Translations under genes and position numbers: made by a program | Notes under the pieces: model-generated | Database searches by the model: none | The model's input: only the letters and a program-made list of their open reading frames with translations | Told to the model about the DNA's origin: nothing | Part shown: piece after piece, positions 8,124 to 18,924 of the stretch | Layout: each line of letters begins with the position of its first letter | How positions within the stretch are numbered: position 1 is the first letter of the stretch | Origin: an uncultured Candidatus Saccharibacteria bacterium | GTDB taxonomy: Bacteria > Patescibacteriota > Minisyncoccia > Phycocordibacterales > UBA9973 | NCBI GenBank assembly: GCA_964645245.1 | Contig: CAZYBS010000001.1 | Span: forward strand, 526-64,525 | DNA: 64,000 bases | Direction: 5' to 3'

Positions 8124-8573
8124 CTATTTCTGAATCAGAATCGCAGCGACGTTTTGCGATTTGTCGCAATCCACATACCAAGTCGCCGGCAAGGTTAGGC
8201 TGGAGAGCTTCACTATCTTAAAACCATACGCCTTGATAGAAAACACGGAACCGACTTTGACAGCGCGGGAAATAGGAGCGCGGTTGTCAATCATAATATT
8301 CGTATTGTTCTTGTAAGTGACATTAGCCGGAGTTGCTCGGCACTCTTGGTCAAGCTGCAGACGAGCGTCTTTATATTTTACTAGAGCCTGCGCATAGCTA
8401 ATTGACGTTGCCGGAAATGTAACATTGACGCTGCCATCGTTTGCATTCTCCACAGAATCTGTGGGCTGATTGGTATAAGTGGGAACAGGATTCTTCTTCA
8501 CTAGCCAGAATCCGTAGATGACAAGGATTAAAACGATAACTAAGATAAAAACCGGACTATCGCCTTTATTCAT
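8124..8573 (-). CDS. Membrane-anchored hypothetical protein
   Basis: N-terminal TM, small beta-rich domain with two Cys. Confidence 0.7.
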   Translation of the reverse strand: MNKGDSPVFILVIVLILVIYGFWLVKKNPVPTYTNQPTDSVENANDGSVNVTFPATSISYAQALVKYKDARLQLDQECRATPANVTYKNNTNIMIDNRAPISRAVKVGSVFSIKAYGFKIVKLSSLTLPATWYVDCDKSQNVAAILIQK

Positions 8574-8595
8574 GCTGTTTATTATAACACAAATT

Positions 8596-8647
8596 CACCT
8601 CACCCCTTCCCCCTCTCCTTAATAAGGGGAGGGGCTGGGGAGGGGTT
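8596..8647. repeat. Family A REP-like hairpin immediately 3' of a stop codon
   Basis: cacctcacccct..ccctctccttaataaggggaggggctggggagggg; homologs at 15667-15724, 19611-19680, 19786-19841, 34835-34884, 63501-63580. Confidence 0.8.
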
Positions 8648-8650
8648 AGA

Positions 8651-11600
8651 TTACTTCGCCATAGCGTTCATCAAAGCTTTTGTTTTCTTGCCGATCAGGC
8701 CGTCAGCTTTCAGGCCATTGTCCTTTTGCCATTGCTTGATAACAGCAATGGTCTTGGGACCGAGTTTGCCATCCAGGACTAGACCCAGATTCAAGACTTT
8801 GTTCAAGAATCTTTGCAGCTCCTTGACCGGTTCACCTTTGCTGCCGCTCTTCAGAGTGACGGTGCCGAAATTGTAGGGTGTAGCTGGAGTAGCCGGCGTT
8901 GCAGAGCTTACTCCCGGAACTGCCGGGGTAGCCGGTGTTGCAGGAGCGGCCGTACTTACAATATTCCCTACACAGGACTTACCTGTAACTGTGCTGAAAC
9001 CAGTGGTTCTATTGCCACAGCCAGTAATTGCTGTTGGGGTAGTCGCAGTTGTGGTAGGAGTGGTGGTCGTAGTAGTAGAAGGAGTACTTGAACTGCTGGA
9101 GCTGCTGCTCGAGGTACTGGCTGCGGGAGAATAAGATGCTCCTGAAGAAGCCGCAGCGCTGGCAATAAATGTTGGAACGGCTGAAGACGCGCTGCTTGCG
9201 GCCGATTCATCTCCAGTCGAATTTAGCGCGCTGATTTTAAAGTAATAAGTCGTCCCGGAAGTCAAGCCCGTTGCTTGAAAACCCACTGAAGTAGACGAAC
9301 CAGCTAGAGGGAAACTGCTATTATCGGTGGATTGGTAAATATTATAACTGGCAGCGTTGGCTACGGCTGTCCAGCTGAGACCAACAATAGTTCCGCTATT
9401 AGGCTGGATAGAGAGCGTCAGACCAGTTGGTGTGGCTGGAGGAGTTCCGCCGGACGCAACCATTGGGGCAAAGTCGGACAAGTGAGAAACTGTGGCGGTC
9501 AGAGTATTAAGAGTTGTGTCCACGGTGGTTGACAAGGTGTCGTAAGTTTGGTTCGCATCATTCCACACACCAATCACTAGCGATGCTTCACTCGTGCCGG
9601 CGGGCAAATCACCTTCGGTATATGGAATGGTGATTGTAATTTCGTCATTCAAGCTGGAAATCGGCGAGCCGTCAGAACCTACCGCGTCAATTGATACCGC
9701 GTTCTTAGAAAGGATAGCGCCGCTTGGCGGATTAGGCATAGCCGTATTAACCCTAGTCGTGACCGTTGCGGCATTAGAGCCCGTGCCCAATGCGTTGGCC
9801 GGAATTTCCATTTGGAAGAAATTGCCAATGTCAGTGTTGGTTAGGAATCCTCCAGATGCGGGAGTAACAGTTTCCGGACGTTCCGCTTTAATGGTAAAGC
9901 CGGAAATCGCGGTCAAGGCAAGGTTTTGGCCTGAAGGACTATTGTTGCTGACCGTGACCGGTAAAGGACCGCCTTCGTAGCCGTGGCTATGAGCTCTTAT
10001 CGTCCAGGTGCCATTATCCACGTTGAGGGTATAAGCGCCCGCGGCATTAGTCTGGGCTACGGCGTAGCCGCCGGCTCCATCGGTAGCGTCAACAAAGGCA
10101 TTAGACACGCCGCTGGCATCAATGGTAATCGTACCAGTAATGGTTCTGGCAGCAGTAGTTAAGGCGATAGTGCTTACGGCAACGGTTGCGTTTGTCACCG
10201 TAGCGGTGCTTTCGGCCGGAGATTTGTATCCCGGCTTGTCGGCCCGAACTTTATACACTCCCGGCGGAACACTAATACTGAATGTTCCATTGGAAGCGGT
10301 TTGTCCGCCTAAGAAGATAGTGTTGGTTTGTCCAGTTGGAGTTCCGTTCAAAGACACCCAAGCGCCAGATAAAGCCGATCCATCTCCGTTCACTGTTCCA
10401 GTTACCGCATATAGTACTCCAGCCGATGCCGTGTAGGTAATCGTGCGCGTGGTATTAACCCCGGTGGTTGTTCCGACACTGCCATAGGCCGGATGCCCTG
10501 CCCGGACAGTATACGTTCCCGGTGGAACAACCACGGTATAAACCGCGTTGGCGCCGGAAGTGGTTGAGGTTGAAGTAAAGTTACCGCGGCCATTGGAATC
10601 ACGAACTTCCACTCCGGCATTGGCAATGGCATTGGTGCCATCAGTGATATTAATCGTAATGGTGATAGGCGCCGCTTGGGTGCAATTTTTTCCGGAAGTA
10701 GTAGTGTTAGCCGTCACCGCAATACCGGTTACCGGCGTGCCTTCTCCGACTCCCGGGAAATAACAAACAAGCGAATAAGTTCCAGCTGGAACCCTTAAGC
10801 TGTAAGTGCCGTCAGAGCCAGTTGTGGTCATATTGCCGCTAGAGCCCGTAGAATCCTCCGCCCGCACCATCACGCCCTGCACGGCAACAGTTGCCTGCGT
10901 GGCAGTACCGGTAATGGTCCCCATAGATAAACTTTGCGCGGAGAAATCCTGACCGCTGGAACTGCTGGTGGTAATCGTAATAGTTTTGGTTCCCAAGCGT
11001 CCAAAGCCGGGAGCAAAAGCTTCCACGACCCAAGTGCCGGCCGAGACATACAGAGTGTAGGCGCCGTTAGCGTCAGTCGGACCACCGACAAAGTTTCCGC
11101 TATCGCCTCCAACGGCTGTGGTATTGGAAGTGGAAACGACTTTGCGTCCGGAAACACCAGCGTAAGAGATGGCATTGCCTGAATCGTCTTTAATCGTTCC
11201 GGTAATAGTCAAAGTGGTTGCGGCATCAAGCACGAAGGCGAGAGTGGTTGGAGTATTGGCAGATGCGCCCACGGTAATTTGTTTTTCTGGAACCGGCGGC
11301 ATGCCCGGTTTAAACACTCCGCAGAGGTAAACTCCCTGGACTGTCTTTAAGGTAAAGGCCCCGGTAGTTCCAGTTTGGCCGCCGGTGCCGAATCCGCCGG
11401 CCGAACCAGTGGTGGATGCGGCTACTGGACGGCAGAAGACACCAGCACCGGAGACTCCGGTACCCGCAGAATCAACTACGGTTCCAGTAATGGTTTTATC
11501 AGCCGTGGATAAAACGAAGGCCAGCGCCGGGACAGTTGAGTTAGAGACACTGACACCTGCCACATTTACCTGAACGCTTGGCGGAGGCATGAAAGAAAAG

Positions 11601-14600
11601 TCCGGTGGTGGTGGAGGCGGAGCGCCCGGAGTAAAGGAAGTTTCCGGCATGGCTGGGCCAACTCCAATATTGTAAGAACTATTGGCCAAAACCGGCAGAG
11701 AATAAGCAACGGGAGACCCGGTCATCGTTAAGGTCTTTTTAGTAAAACCATTGGGCGAAGAAGCAAAAATGTCCACTTTCGTAGTATTGGCCCCATTGAT
11801 AGTGCCGGAGATTGTTAGAGCCGCGGCATTGCTTAAGGCAAAGTTTTTGGTATGAGTTGCTGCATCCGAGGTAATCTTATGCGACTGGGGCATGGAGTTA
11901 AATGCTACATCAATCGCCGCGGTCGGCTTAAGCCCGACCATATAATCACCGTCGGCCAGATTAGTAAAGGTCGCGACACCGGCAATACTGACGGTGGCCG
12001 TAGTAGCTTCTTGTCCTCCGGTAGCCGGACTGAATAAGTAGACGGTAACACTGTTAATACCTTCTCCAGAATCATTTGTACCATTTGTGTTAGCATCTTT
12101 AAATACATTCACCGTCAAAGTGCGAGAACCGGCAGCGCCCAAGAAGAACGGCGCCGCGGTTATGGTCTGTAAAGTTGCCCGATTATTGGCAGATGTATTT
12201 TTGGTCTGCATAGTCACAGTGTAGCCACTGCTTGAAGGTACTGTAGAATTAACAATGCCCGAAAGGTCCATGCAGATGAATGAATTGGCTCCGGTGGCTG
12301 CGGCTGCGGTAGTGGTAATGGTAATGGTACCTGCATCATTGTTAGCAACAACCGTATCAATAACAGGCGCGCCGGTAGCCGGACCGTTTAAGTCGGCATT
12401 GCAGAAACTTAAGGCTACAGCCACCTTGTCCGCTGCGGTCAGAGTAAACCCGGCAGGAAAAGTCAGAACAATCTGGCCGGTAGCAGGAATAGAGGTTCCG
12501 GCCAAAAATTCCACGTGATAATTGGAAGTAGCTCCAGCTCCCCGACTCATTGGCATCACCCGGCTCGGATTCATACCTTGCATACTCATGTCAATCGTGC
12601 CCCCGCCCGGACCAATTAGACCGCCGGAAGTGGCGGAATTGGCAACTGTGCCAAATTGAGTGTTCAAGGCAGGAGTACCAGTAACATCCATAACTTGGCT
12701 ACTCAAGTCTTGAACAACCGAAGAAACTGTGATTTTAAAAGTTGCAGGAGTTTCAGTGGTTCCATTTTGCAAGGACAAACCGGTAATGCGGGCCGTCTTG
12801 GTTCCCGCTTCATAGACTACAGTCTTCCCGCCTAAAGAGATGGAAGAACCGACAGGGCTTTCCAGAGTGAAGTTGGCAATATTGTCCGCCGCATTCGGTC
12901 CTCCACCTGATTTCATTTGTTCGGAGAAAGTAACAGCCACGCTGAAGTTATCGGCGTTAGCAAAAGTGAGTATTGGCTTGACCGTATCGGCGGTAGCTGT
13001 AGTGGTGAAGGCCGAAGTGTAATTGGCGGCCAGCGCGTTGGCTGAAAGGTCTTTGACGCGCGGATCACTTCCCCCACCGATTATCGTGAAGGTGTACTGT
13101 CCGTTTGAACCGCCGCCGGAACTGGATTCAAGGGCCGTACTTGGAGAAAAGCTGACAGACCGACTCTGTGGATTATAGGTAACACTGCCGGTAACTGCGG
13201 CGCTATTGCTGGTTTTCTTTAATGTTACAGTATTGGCGTTGATAGTAGAGGGATCCATATCCTCGCTGAAGCCAGCCGTCACGACTGTGCCAAGGGCAGC
13301 ACCCGTGGCGGCGTTGGCCGGCGAAACGCCTGAGACTGTCGGCGCTGTGGTGTCAGCTGCACCCGATGGTGTATGGAAGAATAAGAAATATGGCGCCGTA
13401 AGTACCGCACCCGTGGCGCTCGTTGCCGTAATGTTGACTTTGGCCACATAGCCGGTTGCTGCGGTCAAGGCCGAGGACGGGGTAAGTGTGACTGTTTTGG
13501 AAGGCGAATCATAAGCTTTGGTAGTAGTCACAGCGATTCCAGGAGCGCCGTTGACATCGGTAAACAATCCAATGTTGGCCGCATCGGTAATTGAACCTCC
13601 CCCGCTTGAGGCCATATCCACGCTAAATGTTAATTTAATAGGCGCGCCAATCGGATGAGTCTGGCTTCCCGGACTTGGCTGGCTGGATTGAACAAATGGA
13701 GGTGTGGTATTGGTTCCGCCGGTTGAGCCGGTGGTAAAGGTTACTGTTCCGTTGGCTGCCAGGGCATTGCCGGCGGAATCCTTAACTCCGGTAGTGACTG
13801 TCGTAACGTAAGTCGTAGAAATAGTCAAGTTGGCGGGAGCGTTGTCTAATCGCAATGCCGTGCCATTAACCGCGGCAGCGCCGGTGACAATGTGAAAGAC
13901 GTAAGAGTTATTGTTAAAGGCGTTGGCCGTGGTTTTGGCCATGACAATATCGCCGAACGAAAGCGCAGTGGCGGCAGTTACCGCTCCTTCTGCCCCTGGA
14001 GTGATTTTGGAAACTTGAGAAGAAGCGGCAAAAGTTGGAGCTCCACCGGTAGCGCCGTCTAAGCGTAAAGTTGTAGGCGCGATATCAGTAGTAATATTCT
14101 GGGCTGTAGTAACTATATGCCAAGCAAAAGAGTCAAGATTGTCTCCGTTGGTAGTAACTTTGGCAAATACCAAATCACCGACTACAAAGTTAATGCCGCT
14201 GTCTACACTACCCACCACTTGACTTGAGGCGTTAACTGCAGAAGTATCGTTAGGAGCAATGGTTGAAAATTTAGAGCCGGAAACATAAGCCGGCGCCGCT
14301 CCCGCACCGTCAAGTCTTAGAGAAGTGTTATTAACTGCAGCACCAGTTGTTACTATATGCCAGTTATATTTAACATCAGTAGGGTTGGTTGTAGTATTTA
14401 CGACAATTATATCACCGGCGGTGACAGAAGTCGCAGCAGTGACAGCGCCCGTGGCCGTCGGAGTGGCAACCTTGGTGACCTGGCTGGAACCATGCAAGGG
14501 AAAACCGTTGAAAGCGAATGTTCCAGAAGTCAAGGTAGCATCTGTGATTAAACCAACGTCTGACGGGAAGGTTTCGTGCTGTTTGATGACAATATCACCA

Positions 14601-15514
14601 ACTGTGGGAGAAGCATAACCGGTGGGCGGCTGCGGAGAAATAGGATTGGTGCCGGCAATCGGATAGAAAGCGGTGGAAGTGCTCCCGAGCTTGGCAAAAC
14701 GCGAGCTGTCCGCAAAAGTTGGGGTATTGGAAACAACCACATCAAAGCCATCGGGGAATGGTCGAATACCGGCGCCCACCGGAGTGCCGCCACTGGTGAA
14801 GGTGACATTGGAAGGAGTGATGGTTGACTGGTCAATATTTTCACTGAAACAAACGTGAACGAATGTAGAAATAGGAACACCGGTTGAAAGATTGGCTGGA
14901 CCGGTGCAGCTGGCGCTCACGGTCGGAACGACTGTATCAATCGTTAAAGCTTGGACTGCGGCAGCTAATAAAGCTGTGCCAAGCGCCGCTCCTCCAGTTC
15001 CCCCTGCGGTAATGGCGTTGGCTGCCATAGTCGCCTTAAAAGCGTGGCCGTTGACTGCTCCAGCAGCGGTGCTGGCTGTCACGATATACCAAGAAGCGGC
15101 TGCGCCTATCGTCTCCCCTGTAACAGTAATGGTAGTTGTGGAGCCGACATTAACCGTTGTTTGTGTTCCCTTGACTGTGTCTCCACCATCTAAAATATTA
15201 TCAGCTGATTTAAAAACTTTAAGATTGGTAAAATCTCCCGTCACGGTCGGACCGGCGGTGCTTTCAATACTGACCACGACTTGTGTGATTGTGTTATCGG
15301 CATTATTTCCGGTTAACTGAAATCGAATAAGAGGGGTATCCGTGCTACTTGCTTTGATTGTCTGGGAAGGGGTTACCACGCCGGCCGGCGCTGTGGTTTC
15401 AGAAACGGCTGCGTAGACAACAGTGTATACCACTACGCTTAATAAAATAAAAACAGCAAAAATTGCTGTTAGTATTGCGACTGGAGAAAACATTTTTCTA
15501 AGAGAAATATTCAT
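8651..15514 (-). CDS. Giant (2287 aa) secreted surface protein: Ig-like (Big_5-type) and carboxypeptidase-regulatory-like repeats, FN3, C-terminal peptidoglycan-binding domain
   Basis: Signal/TM; repeated DTTAPTV..P....FSEDMD; ITGTV.D..G..V.GA.V repeats; TVSHLSDFA; PATPTGL..W...Y.YFKISA FN3; LKSGSKGEPVKELQRFL..DGKLGPKT. Confidence 0.85.
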   Translation of the reverse strand: MNISLRKMFSPVAILTAIFAVFILLSVVVYTVVYAAVSETTAPAGVVTPSQTIKASSTDTPLIRFQLTGNNADNTITQVVVSIESTAGPTVTGDFTNLKVFKSADNILDGGDTVKGTQTTVNVGSTTTITVTGETIGAAASWYIVTASTAAGAVNGHAFKATMAANAITAGGTGGAALGTALLAAAVQALTIDTVVPTVSASCTGPANLSTGVPISTFVHVCFSENIDQSTITPSNVTFTSGGTPVGAGIRPFPDGFDVVVSNTPTFADSSRFAKLGSTSTAFYPIAGTNPISPQPPTGYASPTVGDIVIKQHETFPSDVGLITDATLTSGTFAFNGFPLHGSSQVTKVATPTATGAVTAATSVTAGDIIVVNTTTNPTDVKYNWHIVTTGAAVNNTSLRLDGAGAAPAYVSGSKFSTIAPNDTSAVNASSQVVGSVDSGINFVVGDLVFAKVTTNGDNLDSFAWHIVTTAQNITTDIAPTTLRLDGATGGAPTFAASSQVSKITPGAEGAVTAATALSFGDIVMAKTTANAFNNNSYVFHIVTGAAAVNGTALRLDNAPANLTISTTYVTTVTTGVKDSAGNALAANGTVTFTTGSTGGTNTTPPFVQSSQPSPGSQTHPIGAPIKLTFSVDMASSGGGSITDAANIGLFTDVNGAPGIAVTTTKAYDSPSKTVTLTPSSALTAATGYVAKVNITATSATGAVLTAPYFLFFHTPSGAADTTAPTVSGVSPANAATGAALGTVVTAGFSEDMDPSTINANTVTLKKTSNSAAVTGSVTYNPQSRSVSFSPSTALESSSGGGSNGQYTFTIIGGGSDPRVKDLSANALAANYTSAFTTTATADTVKPILTFANADNFSVAVTFSEQMKSGGGPNAADNIANFTLESPVGSSISLGGKTVVYEAGTKTARITGLSLQNGTTETPATFKITVSSVVQDLSSQVMDVTGTPALNTQFGTVANSATSGGLIGPGGGTIDMSMQGMNPSRVMPMSRGAGATSNYHVEFLAGTSIPATGQIVLTFPAGFTLTAADKVAVALSFCNADLNGPATGAPVIDTVVANNDAGTITITTTAAAATGANSFICMDLSGIVNSTVPSSSGYTVTMQTKNTSANNRATLQTITAAPFFLGAAGSRTLTVNVFKDANTNGTNDSGEGINSVTVYLFSPATGGQEATTATVSIAGVATFTNLADGDYMVGLKPTAAIDVAFNSMPQSHKITSDAATHTKNFALSNAAALTISGTINGANTTKVDIFASSPNGFTKKTLTMTGSPVAYSLPVLANSSYNIGVGPAMPETSFTPGAPPPPPPDFSFMPPPSVQVNVAGVSVSNSTVPALAFVLSTADKTITGTVVDSAGTGVSGAGVFCRPVAASTTGSAGGFGTGGQTGTTGAFTLKTVQGVYLCGVFKPGMPPVPEKQITVGASANTPTTLAFVLDAATTLTITGTIKDDSGNAISYAGVSGRKVVSTSNTTAVGGDSGNFVGGPTDANGAYTLYVSAGTWVVEAFAPGFGRLGTKTITITTSSSSGQDFSAQSLSMGTITGTATQATVAVQGVMVRAEDSTGSSGNMTTTGSDGTYSLRVPAGTYSLVCYFPGVGEGTPVTGIAVTANTTTSGKNCTQAAPITITINITDGTNAIANAGVEVRDSNGRGNFTSTSTTSGANAVYTVVVPPGTYTVRAGHPAYGSVGTTTGVNTTRTITYTASAGVLYAVTGTVNGDGSALSGAWVSLNGTPTGQTNTIFLGGQTASNGTFSISVPPGVYKVRADKPGYKSPAESTATVTNATVAVSTIALTTAARTITGTITIDASGVSNAFVDATDGAGGYAVAQTNAAGAYTLNVDNGTWTIRAHSHGYEGGPLPVTVSNNSPSGQNLALTAISGFTIKAERPETVTPASGGFLTNTDIGNFFQMEIPANALGTGSNAATVTTRVNTAMPNPPSGAILSKNAVSIDAVGSDGSPISSLNDEITITIPYTEGDLPAGTSEASLVIGVWNDANQTYDTLSTTVDTTLNTLTATVSHLSDFAPMVASGGTPPATPTGLTLSIQPNSGTIVGLSWTAVANAASYNIYQSTDNSSFPLAGSSTSVGFQATGLTSGTTYYFKISALNSTGDESAASSASSAVPTFIASAAASSGASYSPAASTSSSSSSSSSTPSTTTTTTPTTTATTPTAITGCGNRTTGFSTVTGKSCVGNIVSTAAPATPATPAVPGVSSATPATPATPYNFGTVTLKSGSKGEPVKELQRFLNKVLNLGLVLDGKLGPKTIAVIKQWQKDNGLKADGLIGKKTKALMNAMAK

Positions 15515-15581
15515 AAAAATATTTAAGATTAAAAGCTAATAAAAAAGACGACGTTCTTTTTATATATAAAAGTCATTTTTT

Positions 15582-15624
15582 ATTATACCACTAATTTATT
15601 ACACCACACTTAAGATGTGGATAA
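15582..15624 (-). promoter_or_regulatory. Promoter: TGgTATAAT extended -10 with a DnaA-box-like TTATCCACA 28 nt upstream
   Basis: attata 15582-15587 and tgtggataa 15616-15624; same arrangement at 1196/1230, 19048/19086 and 23578/23615. Confidence 0.55.
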
Positions 15625-15632
15625 CTCAAACA

Positions 15633-15662
15633 CAAAAAACCACTCTGAAAAGTGGTTTTTTG
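15633..15662 (-). terminator. Intrinsic terminator, duplicated at 19689-19720
   Basis: caaaaaaccact-ctgaaa-agtggttttttg. Confidence 0.7.
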
Positions 15663-15743
15663 CATTCACCTCTCCCCTTCGCCCCTCTCCATAAGAGAGC
15701 TTATGGAGAGGGGTTGGGGTGAGGCTACTAATTTACAAATTTT

Positions 15744-16547
15744 CTACTTCGCCATCGCATTCATCAGAGCTTTTGTTTTCTTGCCGATCAGGCCATCAGC
15801 TTTCAGGCCATTGTCCTTTTGCCATTTCTTGATGACGGCAATGGTCTTGGGACCAAGTTTACCATCCAGGACTAGACCCAGATTCAAGACTTTGTTCAAG
15901 AATCTTTGCAGTTCCTTGACTGGTTCACCTTTACTGCCGCTCTTCAGAGTAGTGGTGCCGAAGTTGTAGGGACCGGCCGAAACTGGAGAGACAACACCGC
16001 TGACACACAGTGCGCCAGTTGAGGTATTGTATTTATTGCCTCCGGAACAGCCGGGAGAAACCGTCGTCATGGTAACTTCTGGAGAAATGGTCAAGGCGAC
16101 GGGTGTCGTACTCGTCGCTACGGTTGCAGTCGGTGAAGCTGAAGAGGAACCTCCCCCGCCGCCTCCGCCGGAAACTAATCCTCCGCTACCGCCGAAAGTA
16201 CAAGCGGTAGAAGTAGGCGTAAAGATTACCGTCGTTGCTCCGGTAACCAGAACCGAGTTCTGAGAAAGGTTACAAGACTGAGCCAGACCCAAGTTATTCG
16301 TCAAGGTATCTCTAAGCGGAGACACCAAGGTTAAGGTACTGGAAGCCGGCACCGTCACGGTCAGCGTCGTCGCGCCGACTTCTATTGTCGTGGCCGCTGA
16401 ATTAGCTGTAATCGTGTAGTCGCGGCTATTAACCGTGACTGTCGTATCAACGCTGAAAGTCAAGTCAGCCGCTTGCGCAACCGAAACGACTCCAACACAG
16501 AGAGACAAGACAGCTATTAACAAACCGATTTTTAATTTTTTAATCAT
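15744..16547 (-). CDS. Secreted protein with C-terminal peptidoglycan-binding domain
   Basis: Signal peptide VAQAA; Gly/Ser linker; last ~75 aa nearly identical to the C-terminus of 8651..15514. Confidence 0.85.
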   Translation of the reverse strand: MIKKLKIGLLIAVLSLCVGVVSVAQAADLTFSVDTTVTVNSRDYTITANSAATTIEVGATTLTVTVPASSTLTLVSPLRDTLTNNLGLAQSCNLSQNSVLVTGATTVIFTPTSTACTFGGSGGLVSGGGGGGGSSSASPTATVATSTTPVALTISPEVTMTTVSPGCSGGNKYNTSTGALCVSGVVSPVSAGPYNFGTTTLKSGSKGEPVKELQRFLNKVLNLGLVLDGKLGPKTIAVIKKWQKDNGLKADGLIGKKTKALMNAMAK

Positions 16548-16641
16548 TTTGTTTTTAAGATTATATATACGGGATTCGACCCAGAGAAAGTTTCAAGAAA
16601 AATCCCGTATATTTATTTGTTGATAATGTACTTAACTTAAG

Positions 16642-16679
16642 CCTGCCCGCAATGCTACGCATATAGCGTTGCAGGCGGG
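16642..16679. mobile_element. Family B palindromic element, 38 nt, intergenic
   Basis: cctgcccgcaatgctacgcatatagcgttgcaggcggg; close to the efp copy at 28752-28787. Confidence 0.8.
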
Positions 16680-16690
16680 AAACAAAATAA

Positions 16691-18886
16691 TTATTTGTTG
16701 GTATAAACACTCCAAGTATTTGCAGCTGTGTTCACGAAAGTTAATTCAATATCTGTACCTGAAGCAACTGTTGCAGTTCCAATAATTGTCATACCTGAAG
16801 CTCCAGCAGTAATGGTCAAGGTTTGAGCACCACCGAGGTTAGCAAACACTACTCTGAATGTATCCCCAACTGCGACACCTGGAATAGCAGCAGAAAGAAG
16901 AGTACCAGTAGGGAAAGTAACCGTACCTGCCCCCGTAGCACTTGTTTGAGTTAGAACACCACCTAGAGTCTGAGCTGCTGTTGGAGTAGAGTTTTGAACT
17001 GTACCAAGTGCAGTAGTCGTCGTACTAAACAATGGAACTCTTAATGTGCCTCGTCCAAGGGAAATAAAACCATTAGCACCAGCCGTACCACCATTAGCAC
17101 CACCACCAGCACCTGGAACTAAGGTTACATTTCCACCAGCACCACCAGTACCAGAAGCACCACCTGACAAACCACCAGCACCTGCTGTTAAGCCCAATGC
17201 GCCACCAGCACCAGATGTACCAGCGTTAGTTGAGTTTGCTCCACCAGTACCTGTCGTAATTGATACAGCACCACCAGCACCTGAGCCATTAGTTGCACCC
17301 GTAGCAACACCACCATTTCCAACGGTAACAGTCAATGCGCCACCAGCGCCACCAACAGTAGCTGCAGCTGCAGTAGAACCAACACCTGTTGTAAGAGTAA
17401 TCGCACCACCGGCCGTGCCACCTGTAGAAGCAGTACCACCTGCGCCAGCAGTTATAGCAACAGCTCCACCAGCAGCTAGAGTACCAGCAGCACCTGCTTG
17501 GACTGTAACAGTACCTGGGGTATTTCCTAAGTTAGCAGTTCCAGATTGAACTGTTACATCACCAGAAGCACCACCAGTCGCAACACCTGATCTAAGAGAA
17601 ACCGCACCGGAAGCGCCGGAAGTTGTAGTACCAGAAAGGAAAGCAACAGTTCCGGAAGCGCCGGAAGTTGAACCACCAGCACCAGAAGTAAGAGCAACCG
17701 CGCCACCTGCGCCAGTTACACCACCTGCACCAGCAACACCAGTAACGGCACCACCAGCAGCAGCGACAGAACCAGCACCAGCTGTCAATGTAACAGCACC
17801 ACCAGCCGCACCAGTTGTGGCTGAGCCAACACCTGCAGCACCAGCAGTAAGAGTAATAGCACCAGCGGCACCGGATGTACCGGCACCAGAAGGAGCACCA
17901 GAAGCACCAGCAGTAAGCGAGTATGAACCACCAGCACCGGATGTACCAGTAGTAGTAGTGCCACCAGCGCCGAGAGTAACAGTAGAAGCACCACCGGCGC
18001 CACCTGTACCAGCACCAGAAGCATTACCTCCAGCGCCAGCTGTAAGGGTAGATGCGCCACCGGCGCCACCTGTACCCGTGACAGTAACGCCACCAGCACC
18101 AAGAGTTACGGTAGAAGCACCACCGGCACCACCAGTGTTACCTAATGTAGCCGCACTACCTGCACCCGAAGTTAAAGAGTAAGCACCACCTGCACCTGCA
18201 GAAGCGCCGGCAGTTGTGCCTGCAGCACCAGCAACAAGTGTAATTGCACCACCTGCACCTTGTCCGCCAGTTCCGCCAGCGCCAGCTGTAACAGTAACTG
18301 CGCCACCGGCGCCAGTTCCGGCACCGTTAGCACCCGCGGTAATTGCAACCGTACCCGGAGTGTTAGCGGCAGTCGTTGTACCTGAAGAGAGAGTTACCGC
18401 ACCAGAGACACCGGCTGTGGCATTACCAGAACCTAAAGCAACAGCACCCGAAGCACCGGAAGTAGTCGTGCCTGTAGCGACAGTCAATGCGCCTGAAGCG
18501 CCAGAAGTTGCGCCTCCAGCACCAGTAGTAACAGAAATAGCACCACCGGCACCAGTTGCGCCACCGGCACCAGCCGTCACTGCGCTAGCACCACCAGCCG
18601 CACTACCTTGACCTGCGCCAGCAATTAGAGAAGATGCGCCACCGGCAGAGTTGCCAGCCGTACCTGCACCGGAAGTTAACAAAATAGCACCACCAACACC
18701 CGTAGTTGAACCTCCAGCACCAGCTGTCACAGTGATAGCATCACCGGCTGCTGAAGCAGAACCTTGCGCGCTAGTAACACTTGTTGCGGCAACAGTCAGA
18801 GTTGCGCTAGCCTGACCCGCGCCGACAAATGCGACCAGAGCCAGAGACATCAAAATTAAACCTAAACCTTTAAATAATTTTTTCAT
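16691..18886 (-). CDS. Secreted Gly/Ala/Thr-rich repeat protein (putative beta-solenoid fibre or adhesin)
   Basis: Signal peptide MKKLFK..ASA (ATG 18886); many GGA(V/I)T(L/V)TAGAG repeats; short non-repetitive C-terminal domain. Confidence 0.8.
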   Translation of the reverse strand: MKKLFKGLGLILMSLALVAFVGAGQASATLTVAATSVTSAQGSASAAGDAITVTAGAGGSTTGVGGAILLTSGAGTAGNSAGGASSLIAGAGQGSAAGGASAVTAGAGGATGAGGAISVTTGAGGATSGASGALTVATGTTTSGASGAVALGSGNATAGVSGAVTLSSGTTTAANTPGTVAITAGANGAGTGAGGAVTVTAGAGGTGGQGAGGAITLVAGAAGTTAGASAGAGGAYSLTSGAGSAATLGNTGGAGGASTVTLGAGGVTVTGTGGAGGASTLTAGAGGNASGAGTGGAGGASTVTLGAGGTTTTGTSGAGGSYSLTAGASGAPSGAGTSGAAGAITLTAGAAGVGSATTGAAGGAVTLTAGAGSVAAAGGAVTGVAGAGGVTGAGGAVALTSGAGGSTSGASGTVAFLSGTTTSGASGAVSLRSGVATGGASGDVTVQSGTANLGNTPGTVTVQAGAAGTLAAGGAVAITAGAGGTASTGGTAGGAITLTTGVGSTAAAATVGGAGGALTVTVGNGGVATGATNGSGAGGAVSITTGTGGANSTNAGTSGAGGALGLTAGAGGLSGGASGTGGAGGNVTLVPGAGGGANGGTAGANGFISLGRGTLRVPLFSTTTTALGTVQNSTPTAAQTLGGVLTQTSATGAGTVTFPTGTLLSAAIPGVAVGDTFRVVFANLGGAQTLTITAGASGMTIIGTATVASGTDIELTFVNTAANTWSVYTNK

Positions 18887-18894
18887 AATCTTTT

Positions 18895-18924
18895 TCAGCC
18901 CGAGGCTGATCCGCCTTGGGCGGA
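18895..18924. repeat. Family C double hairpin in the 5' UTR
   Basis: tcagcc-cga-ggctga-tccgcc-ttg-ggcgga, inverted relative to 1118-1147. Confidence 0.8.

Noticed and set aside
17046-18611. Pro-rich plus-strand ORFs and the Leu/Val-rich alternative-frame ORF
   Set aside because: Antisense or frame shadows of the Gly/Ala repeat gene.
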